DNA of 31,034 bases. Origin: Candidatus Thorarchaeota archaeon. GTDB lineage: Archaea; Asgardarchaeota; Thorarchaeia; Thorarchaeales; Thorarchaeaceae. Each line of letters starts with the position of its first letter. The stretch's first letter is position 1. The stretch spans positions 1 through 31,034 of the forward strand of contig JBHLRQ010000031.1 in assembly GCA_048882385.1 (NCBI GenBank). The letters are read 5' to 3'. The notes below the pieces were generated by a model. It was given only the letters and a program-made list of their open reading frames with translations, was not told the origin of the DNA and ran no database searches. Both the position numbers and the translations under genes were made by a program. This document shows positions 18,332 to 24,976 of this stretch, one piece after another.

Positions 18332-18405
18332 TGGTGAAAATTCACCATTATTACTATTCGTTAAAAATAGGGGTGAGTGCTCAGGTGGCCTCCCACAAGA
18401 GCACT
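18332..18405. terminator. Two hairpins between convergent units
   Basis: TGGTGAA-aa-TTCACCA (18332-18347) and AGTGCTC-ag-GTGG-cctc-CCAC-aa-GAGCACT (18376-18405); on the minus strand the second is followed by a T-tract. Confidence 0.5.
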
Positions 18406-18497
18406 TCCTCAACAGTCAATTCTTGACGTTTTTGTACGTCAACTGTACGGCTCTCTTTGCGTGGACTACAAGAAACTGCTTCGTTGATTGGAGTCAT
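18381..18497 (-). CDS. Small peptide 3 (38 aa): MTPINEAVSCSPRKESRTVDVQKRQELTVEEVLLWEAT
   Basis: Manual translation; ATG 6 nt after the stop of peptide 2, preceded by AGGTAG. Confidence 0.5.
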   Translation of the reverse strand: MTPINEAVSCSPRKESRTVDVQKRQELTVEEVLLWEAT

Positions 18498-18503
18498 TGC
18501 AAT

Positions 18504-18593
18504 CTACCTGTATGTGTATGAATGAGTGATAGCATCAGTAGAGATCCGTTTCCTCGGCTTGAACTTCTTCTTGGTTGTTTTTGCTATTGCCAT
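18504..18593 (-). CDS. Small basic peptide 2 (29 aa): MAIAKTTKKKFKPRKRISTDAITHSYTYR
   Basis: Manual translation; strong AGGAGGT RBS overlapping the stop of peptide 1; aligns with peptide 1. Confidence 0.65.
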   Translation of the reverse strand: MAIAKTTKKKFKPRKRISTDAITHSYTYR

Positions 18594-18599
18594 GTTTGT

Positions 18600-18707
18600 T
18601 TACCTCCTGAACTGGTAAGCGTACCCGAGTGCGAAGGTCGTTTGGATCCTCGCAATCTTGTTGTTTAACTTCTCAAGGTTGTTGGTTGTGAGTTTCGCTA
18701 GAGCCAT
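18600..18707 (-). CDS. Small basic peptide 1 (35 aa): MALAKLTTNNLEKLNNKIARIQTTFALGYAYQFRR
   Basis: Manual translation; ATG about 33 nt downstream of a CTTATATAG TATA box; aligns with peptide 2. Confidence 0.65.
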   Translation of the reverse strand: MALAKLTTNNLEKLNNKIARIQTTFALGYAYQFRR

Positions 18708-18738
18708 CGTTTTTCACGTTGTATGTACACACCACTTT

Positions 18739-18756
18739 TCTATATAAGGTTTGTTC
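18739..18756 (-). promoter_or_regulatory. BRE/TATA promoter of the small-peptide operon
   Basis: Minus strand GAACAAAC-CTTATATAGA; the same 10-mer CTTATATAGA precedes the profilin gene at 20652-20661. Confidence 0.6.
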
Positions 18757-19026
18757 TCCAAACTATTGAGTACTAAATTGTTGTGTTGAAACACTAAAAA
18801 TATTATATTGGTGGAAAAAATAGGATGTGCCAAACGTTTGATTTACAAATGGTGTCTTACATCAACAAATTTATATTCTGATTTATACGAATATAAAACA
18901 GGTTCGGGGTGGTTTAAAGAGCCCCTGGTGGATTTTAAAATCCAAAATCCACGAGAAAAATACGAACGATTCCCGGGCATATCCAAGTCACGAGACGGAC
19001 CAACGAAACATTGGTGAGAAAAAAAC

Positions 19027-19782
19027 ATGGGCGATGACGACATCACAACAGAAATCACGGACAGCCTTGAAGGAATTGTCTTGACAGAAGAAGGCGAACA
19101 ACCCCAGAAAGAGATTGTTTTTGTAACGGATGACGAGAGAGCCGAGGTTCTAGATGAACTTGTACGCTTCAACATCCTGCAGGTTCTACGAAAAGGTGTC
19201 AAAGACACAATCACTACAGAAACAAGAGATGAAGAAACGGGTGATAGAATCATCAGGAAACGAGATGTAAAACGAAATGTGTTGTCTGTTGTTGAGATTG
19301 TGAAGATGTCTCCGGACTGTTGTTATGATGGAGAAGAGATCACTAAGAACCAAGTGTACCATCACTTACCAATTTTGATAGAAAACGGCTATGTAATCAA
19401 ATATGGTACAGTCACAACAGGTAAACGAACTACAGACTATTACAGAAGGACTGCAAAAGGATTCATGCTAACAAAAGGTGCTTGGGGTACTGAAGAAAAG
19501 CGAATTCGGGAGAAACTTGGAAGTTTTACAGAAAAAATGCTTGAAACCTTCAATTTGGACCTCTCAGAAGAGAAGCGCAAAGAATTGTTAGATTTGAGTG
19601 TAAAGAGAACTCAGATGCAGTATGAGTGGAGATCCAAAATTGCCGAAATGGTCAGTCTAGATGTAGCAAACAAAGAAATTCTGAACATGTATGAGATGCT
19701 ACTCGATTATTACTCCGTAGGATTCAAGGAATATATGGATGTAATCTACAGAATTAGAGAAATCCTCTTTCCTGAAGAATAG
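19027..19782 (+). CDS. ArsR-like winged-helix transcriptional regulator with an insertion and a helical C-terminal domain
   Basis: DELVRFNILQVL...LSVVEI...ITKNQVYHHLPILIENGYV...DYYRRTAK; GGTGA RBS. Confidence 0.8.
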   Translation: MGDDDITTEITDSLEGIVLTEEGEQPQKEIVFVTDDERAEVLDELVRFNILQVLRKGVKDTITTETRDEETGDRIIRKRDVKRNVLSVVEIVKMSPDCCYDGEEITKNQVYHHLPILIENGYVIKYGTVTTGKRTTDYYRRTAKGFMLTKGAWGTEEKRIREKLGSFTEKMLETFNLDLSEEKRKELLDLSVKRTQMQYEWRSKIAEMVSLDVANKEILNMYEMLLDYYSVGFKEYMDVIYRIREILFPEE

Positions 19783-19792
19783 TCTAGAAAAT

Positions 19793-20167
19793 TCAAACGT
19801 GGCCTTTTAGCTGAATAGCTGATTTGGTCACATCAATGATTGATAGTTCGGGCACTGCATGAGGAGCTGCAAAAGCAATCGCCCAGATCTCTTCATCAAT
19901 TTTCACTAAGAGGAGATGGCCTTTGTCACCATCAGCAGTAGCGATATACGAGTCTACTGTTGAAGACGCCTTCTTGTACTTCATGCCCCCAGCTATCACA
20001 GAGGATTTGTCTTCCTTGATCGCTTTAATAATTACATCTGCATCTTCGACAAGGTCCCAGTTCTCTGTTTGCCAGATTATTGCTCCTTCCTTTACCACAG
20101 CAAATGCTTGAATCTTGGGATTGTTAGCATAGAGCTGATTCCATTCGTTCCCGATTATTGTGCTCAA
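19793..20167 (-). CDS. Asgard-type profilin (paralog B)
   Basis: 124 aa; QAFAVV, WQTENWDL, GGMKY, KGHLLL, C-terminal helix; GGAGG RBS before the TTG start. Confidence 0.8.
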   Translation of the reverse strand: MSTIIGNEWNQLYANNPKIQAFAVVKEGAIIWQTENWDLVEDADVIIKAIKEDKSSVIAGGMKYKKASSTVDSYIATADGDKGHLLLVKIDEEIWAIAFAAPHAVPELSIIDVTKSAIQLKGHV

Positions 20168-20195
20168 AGAAAGCCCTCCAGTTTCAAAGAGAAGT

Positions 20196-20233
20196 AATCG
20201 AGGGGGATTCCTCCCTGTATGTTCCCCCTGATT
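20196..20233 (-). terminator. Hairpin between the two profilin genes
   Basis: Minus strand AATC-AGGGGGA-15nt-TCCCCCT-c-GATT followed by a pyrimidine tract. Confidence 0.5.
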
Positions 20234-20239
20234 CCATGG

Positions 20240-20626
20240 TTAAATCTTGCCTCGAAGGGTCTTAGCGGCTCGGTCTACATCAACATAAACACCATCTGGC
20301 TGAGCACTTGCATCAGCCCACGCCACAACCCATCTATCACCAGCAGCATCTATTTTTGTCAGGATTAGAATCCCACTTCCCTGAACATTTCGTGCCACAA
20401 GGCTTTCTGGAGTAGACCTCATCGTACTGTATTTGACTGAGTTCTGTACAACTGAAGAGCTTCTTGATTTTACTGCGGCGATCAGACTTGAAGCCTCAGC
20501 AGTCAAATCCCAATTGTTACTCTGCCACAGAACTTGTCCAGATTCGGTTATGACACCGAAGGCTTGAACCATATTTCCCGAACTATTGTATGCTTGCGTA
20601 TATGCATCCATTACAGGATCGCTCAT
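20240..20626 (-). CDS. Asgard-type profilin (paralog A)
   Basis: 128 aa; QAFGVI, GQVLWQSNNWDL, VKYSTMR, RNVQGSG, C-terminal helix; TATA box and GGGGTGA upstream. Confidence 0.85.
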   Translation of the reverse strand: MSDPVMDAYTQAYNSSGNMVQAFGVITESGQVLWQSNNWDLTAEASSLIAAVKSRSSSVVQNSVKYSTMRSTPESLVARNVQGSGILILTKIDAAGDRWVVAWADASAQPDGVYVDVDRAAKTLRGKI

Positions 20627-20754
20627 GTGAATTCACCCCGTATATCTACGGTCTATATAAGAACGTCCTGTACCTTCTCCAAATAAACAAATCCTTGACG
20701 GCCCTGTCTTCGAATTTCAAGCACACTCATATGGATTGGTGCATCCTGAATGGT

Positions 20755-21054
20755 ATGTGTACTGCGATTTGGGAGAGTGAAAAGGGAACGTTCATCAGAT
20801 TCCTAGTACGTCCCAATTCCAAAGAACGGGAGTTTATTGTAGGGATTTCTTCTGAGAATGTCATGGTCAATCTGAAAAGCCCAGCAAGACAAGGAAAGGC
20901 TAACACCGAATTGGTCAAACGACTCACCAAAGTACTTGGCATCTCAACATCCAGCGTTAGACTTGTTTCGGGACATAAAACAAAGGAAAAAACACTCTTG
21001 ATACATGGACTGGGCGTCCAAGATGTTCAAAGGATGCTCGCAAATATGACATAG
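20755..21054 (+). CDS. DUF167 (YggU/UPF0235) family protein
   Basis: VRPNS...PARQGKANTELV...LVSGHKTKEK. Start moved to the in-frame ATG at 20755 (99 aa) to avoid overlapping the profilin gene and promoter. Confidence 0.85.
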   Translation: MCTAIWESEKGTFIRFLVRPNSKEREFIVGISSENVMVNLKSPARQGKANTELVKRLTKVLGISTSSVRLVSGHKTKEKTLLIHGLGVQDVQRMLANMT

Positions 21055-21140
21055 GCAGTTATATACAGGAGAACGAAGGCAAGGCATGGTCAACATCGAT
21101 TGAAACCAGTGGATATACCTTTGACTCGGAGAGAGCAGCT

Positions 21141-23990
21141 GTGAGAGACAGAACTAGAAGATTCCTTAGTTACATCTTTGCAGGATTTATCTTCTATGTT
21201 CTCGCTGCAATGTTGTTAGGCCGCTTTGCTGAACCAGCTGCAATTATTGCTCTCCTGACATCATTTGTATTCCTCTATCTCTCCTTATACAGACCCCCAC
21301 CCGATTTTCTAGATCGTGTAGTAATATTCTGCTTCGCTGCAATCTATATTCCACTCAGCTTCTTAGCACGAATTTTCTCAGAGATGGTCATCATATCAAT
21401 AGCAATTGCATTGACCTATCTAGCAATTCAGACAATATTCAATCCAGATCTAACGAGATCACTTCTCTCAGGTTTATTCCTTGCTGGCGCAATATATTCA
21501 GGAATTCTAATGATCTTAGGTCGATGGTACAATCTGGATGTCATAATAGCTCTTGTGACGACACTTGCACTTCTCTATTTCATATTGTACCGACGTCCGT
21601 TTGAAATCAGAGAGCTAGTTGTTGCAGTCTTTCTCACTGCAATCTATCTGCCGTTTAGTCTGTTTGCTGGGATTTTCTCTGAGATGACTATTGTGACGAT
21701 TGGAGCTATAGTAATCTACATAGTTATGACAACAAAGATACGGCCAGATCCGAAGAGATCATTTCTTGTGGGACTTTATTCTGCTGGAATCTTCTATACA
21801 CTTATTTTGATGGCAGAAGGAAGATGGCTTCATCCAGATGTCATTTTCGCTTTGGTTCTGGAGATCACACTTCTTTACATGTCAGTATTCAAAAAACCTC
21901 CAGACAAGAAAGAACTTGCAGCGATTACGACACTGATTTTGATATATCTGCTTCTTAGTGCATACTTTGCCTTCTTCACTGAAGCTGTAGTAATGGCCAT
22001 TGGAGGTCTTGCAATCTATGGAATCATCAGAGCCGAACCAAAATTCCCACTCACAAAACGGGCATTGGGTACAGGATTGATTGTTGGCATAATTATGACG
22101 TTCATGGGCATCTATCTTGCCCTTAAGCTCGGAGTAGTATTTCTAGTTGGAGCGGAAATGTTAGGAGCCATAATACTTAGTGTGTATGGAAAATACACTT
22201 GCGAAGAGAATGCAGTGGTAGTGGCGATTGCAAACTCGTCATCAATGATCGCAATTGGTGTTTTATTGACATATCCAGCAATTGCTATCTTCGATACAGC
22301 AAATCCTTTGTTCAACACGTCTCTTGCCGCATATAATCCAACAACAACTCTGATATTCATCGTTCTCACAACTGGCATCAGTGCAATCTTCGGACTCATT
22401 CTCTTGGCTCCCTTCAGAGACCGCTTTGAGAAAGAGGCTTGGCCCCAGGTACAACCACAAGCGGAGTGTATCAACTCAATTGGAGGAGATACGGAAGCCA
22501 AGAAATCTGTGGGAATTGGAATTGTTGCTTCTGGTGCGTGGGTAGGCGCATCTAAGATTGGAGAAGGGATTTCAGGCTCTTCTTTGAGTACTGTTCCAAA
22601 TGCTCTGGCACCCATTATTCCGGCTGCGTCTGCAATTCCAGATTGGATTGGGATAAGCAACTCTCCGATGATTGCTGGAATCGGATTCTTTGTTGGATGG
22701 AAACGGGCTGTTGTCATGGCTATTGGTGGTGTGATTTCGATTCTCATCTGGATATTCTTGGAGGGTGCCGTTGGAGCAGTGGAGTATAGTACACATCTAA
22801 AGAGACCAGAGATTCTCTATTTTGCCTTGGGTCTATTTGTCACTGTCATCCTTGGAGATGTCCTCAGTGGAAAAAAGGAGGAGAAGAATCTCACTCCGGA
22901 AGAATTTGACAGGACCACAAAGAAAACAGAAGAAGACGGAGCCATAATTGTTGATGCTCCGCACAAAACTGAGGAACTCCCAAGAGTCTTGAGAGTGAAA
23001 CAGGAGCTGTTCTCAATTGAAACCTTTAAGGAAGAAGTCAGAGAAATAGTCGATAATCCTAGGGAGTATCTTAGGTCTCACAGGGGTCAGGTTCCCCCAT
23101 GGATCGCAATTCTGTCAATGGGTATATTCATGGTCATTGGAATCATCGTCTTCTGGTTTATCGCTCCTTTCATGCAGAGTGAAACGGCACCTCTAAGGAT
23201 TCACTGGCTTTTGTTTATCTTTGGAACACCACTTGCATTAGTGTCAGCATACTTTACAGCCAGAGCCATAAGTGAAACCGGAATGCTCGCAGGATACATC
23301 TCCGACATTGTAGCAATCCCTGCCATCATATTCTTCAAGGTCACATTTTCAGCGATAACAACATTCATGGGAATGTTGGGAGCAGTGCAAGATTCTGCAA
23401 TTGCATTGCTAGTTCACCTTAAGCTCGGTAGACTTACTGGCGTACGTGGAAGAGATGTTCTGAAAGCAGTTTCTGTTGGTGCAATGCTTGGTACAACTGT
23501 TGGCTCTCTCATCACATTCCAGATATTCAATGCCTATGGATTTGGGAGCTCTGACTTTCCAGCACCAGCTGCACAGCTCTTTGGATTTCTTGTAACAAGT
23601 CTGGAAGGTATAGGTAACTTTCAACTACCTGGATTGAATCTACTTGATGTTCCTCCACTTTTTGCGTTTCTTTATCTCTTTATGTGGGCGATAGGTGGAT
23701 TCCTTGCAGGACGAGAACTAAATAGACGAGGTTTGAGTCCAATCAGCCTGGTCGTGGGAGTGCTAATCCCGCCTGCTACATCAGTTACAATTCTGATAGG
23801 TGGATGCATCAATTACAGAGTAAAGCAGATACAAAAGCCAATAGCTAGGGTTCCAGACCATATTCCACAACAGATTGAGGTCTATGAAGCAGGTTACAGT
23901 CACACAAGTCGGGTACTTAGTGGGATTGTAGCTGGAGAGGCGGTTATTACGGTGATTTGGGTTATTTTGAGCGCATTTCTTATCATTTAG
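21141..23990 (+). CDS. OPT/YSL-family oligopeptide transporter with a triplicated N-terminal membrane extension
   Basis: From about aa 305: LTKRAL..G..YLALKLG, EEN, WP, GIGFFVG, RAISETG, LKLGRLTG, FPAPAA, SGIVAGEA OPT motifs. Confidence 0.85.
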   Translation: MRDRTRRFLSYIFAGFIFYVLAAMLLGRFAEPAAIIALLTSFVFLYLSLYRPPPDFLDRVVIFCFAAIYIPLSFLARIFSEMVIISIAIALTYLAIQTIFNPDLTRSLLSGLFLAGAIYSGILMILGRWYNLDVIIALVTTLALLYFILYRRPFEIRELVVAVFLTAIYLPFSLFAGIFSEMTIVTIGAIVIYIVMTTKIRPDPKRSFLVGLYSAGIFYTLILMAEGRWLHPDVIFALVLEITLLYMSVFKKPPDKKELAAITTLILIYLLLSAYFAFFTEAVVMAIGGLAIYGIIRAEPKFPLTKRALGTGLIVGIIMTFMGIYLALKLGVVFLVGAEMLGAIILSVYGKYTCEENAVVVAIANSSSMIAIGVLLTYPAIAIFDTANPLFNTSLAAYNPTTTLIFIVLTTGISAIFGLILLAPFRDRFEKEAWPQVQPQAECINSIGGDTEAKKSVGIGIVASGAWVGASKIGEGISGSSLSTVPNALAPIIPAASAIPDWIGISNSPMIAGIGFFVGWKRAVVMAIGGVISILIWIFLEGAVGAVEYSTHLKRPEILYFALGLFVTVILGDVLSGKKEEKNLTPEEFDRTTKKTEEDGAIIVDAPHKTEELPRVLRVKQELFSIETFKEEVREIVDNPREYLRSHRGQVPPWIAILSMGIFMVIGIIVFWFIAPFMQSETAPLRIHWLLFIFGTPLALVSAYFTARAISETGMLAGYISDIVAIPAIIFFKVTFSAITTFMGMLGAVQDSAIALLVHLKLGRLTGVRGRDVLKAVSVGAMLGTTVGSLITFQIFNAYGFGSSDFPAPAAQLFGFLVTSLEGIGNFQLPGLNLLDVPPLFAFLYLFMWAIGGFLAGRELNRRGLSPISLVVGVLIPPATSVTILIGGCINYRVKQIQKPIARVPDHIPQQIEVYEAGYSHTSRVLSGIVAGEAVITVIWVILSAFLII
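21153..22052 (+). repeat. Three tandem 300-nt (100-aa) intragenic repeats
   Basis: aa 5-104, 105-204 and 205-304 align without gaps; DNA echo CCAGATC at 21444 and 21744. Confidence 0.85.
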
Positions 23991-24957
23991 ATAGAGTATC
24001 GACATGCTCAGCAAGCAGCTGCAAGAACTTTGGAAAGTCATTCCTATCAAGACTGGCTCCTGCTGCTGCAGGATGTCCACCACCTGAGCTTCCATCAATG
24101 TCTTTCAGAATGATGTTCAGTGTTCGATTCAGGTCGACGGTGGTACCTCTTCGTCGTATGCTCATATCAACCTCATCATCGGAAGACCGAGCACTGATAC
24201 CAATCTTCGAATCGGTGACATATGCTGAGAACTTAGCGCTTTTACCACGATACCCATTGATCGGCATATCAAGGATATAACCTATTGGACCAAGTTTTCG
24301 GGCATTTTGCTGAACATATCTAAATACCTCATGCTCAATACGTGTGGCTTTTAGAGCTAGAGAAACGATATCGTCCATCGAACTAGGTTTTATTCCCATA
24401 GCAAGCTGGTGAACCAGATCCTTTGACTCACTCCTATAATCAATCTCTTGTAGTGCTTGTACAAGTAGTCCTGCTTCAAGATAGAGTGTCCTCTTGTCAA
24501 CATCATCGAAATGGGTTTTGGCAAACGGTGTTTCGTCACAATAGTCACCAATCGCCCCGTATAACGCAAGACGAAGTGAATACTCAGGTAGAGTATCATT
24601 GAATTTTCTATAAACTAGTTCAGCTGCACAAGGACCAGTATCATGAAACAGGTTAACTCTATTCTCAAGCTCCCTACGCTGTTTGGTCGTCATGGGGTGA
24701 TGATCAGTCCAGTGAATGACAGTAGAACTAGGAAAACGATCCAATGCTTGCAATAGTTCGTCAAACTTTCGTGAATTGATTGCAATATCACTAACATGAA
24801 CTGTATCAGGATTATCCTTTGCCACACGAAACATATCTTGATGCACTTGCGAGGGTCGTGTGAAGTAGAAATCAGATCCCGGAAATACCAGTAGGGCGAT
24901 GGCACCAGAGGTTATTCCATCAAGATCGCCATGAGTTAAAACAACACTCTTAGTCAT
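23983..24957 (-). CDS. DHH/DHHA1 family phosphoesterase
   Basis: THGDLDG, SDIA, TDHH, GAIGD, SIR, GGGHPAAAGA. Start moved to the ATG at 24957 (MTKSVV) to remove the overlap with the upstream gene. Confidence 0.9.
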   Translation of the reverse strand: MTKSVVLTHGDLDGITSGAIALLVFPGSDFYFTRPSQVHQDMFRVAKDNPDTVHVSDIAINSRKFDELLQALDRFPSSTVIHWTDHHPMTTKQRRELENRVNLFHDTGPCAAELVYRKFNDTLPEYSLRLALYGAIGDYCDETPFAKTHFDDVDKRTLYLEAGLLVQALQEIDYRSESKDLVHQLAMGIKPSSMDDIVSLALKATRIEHEVFRYVQQNARKLGPIGYILDMPINGYRGKSAKFSAYVTDSKIGISARSSDDEVDMSIRRRGTTVDLNRTLNIILKDIDGSSGGGHPAAAGASLDRNDFPKFLQLLAEHVDTLSK

Positions 24958-24976
24958 TGAGGTTCCACCATTGGCT

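Noticed and set aside
18351-18405. Selenocysteine readthrough of the peptide 3 TGA inside a hairpin
   Set aside because: No redox-motif context or recognisable SECIS; readthrough would add only a few residues before a TAG.
18321-18521. 66-aa plus-strand ORF directly after the methyltransferase
   Set aside because: No RBS, runs through the hairpins, and is antisense to the better-supported peptide operon.
18330-18720. RNase P or SRP RNA in the apparent intergenic gap
   Set aside because: The conserved signature sequences are not present, the region is not GC-rich, and three RBS-coupled ORFs explain it.
18757-19026. Replication origin in the AT-rich gap
   Set aside because: No repeated ORB elements and no cdc6/orc1 gene nearby.
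18808-19253. ORFs 18808-19017 (+) and 18843-19253 (-)
   Set aside because: They cross an AT-rich promoter region or lie antisense to the regulator, with no recognisable protein features.
20590-20754. N-terminal extension of the DUF167 ORF
   Set aside because: It overlaps the profilin start and promoter; the domain begins at the ATG at 20755.
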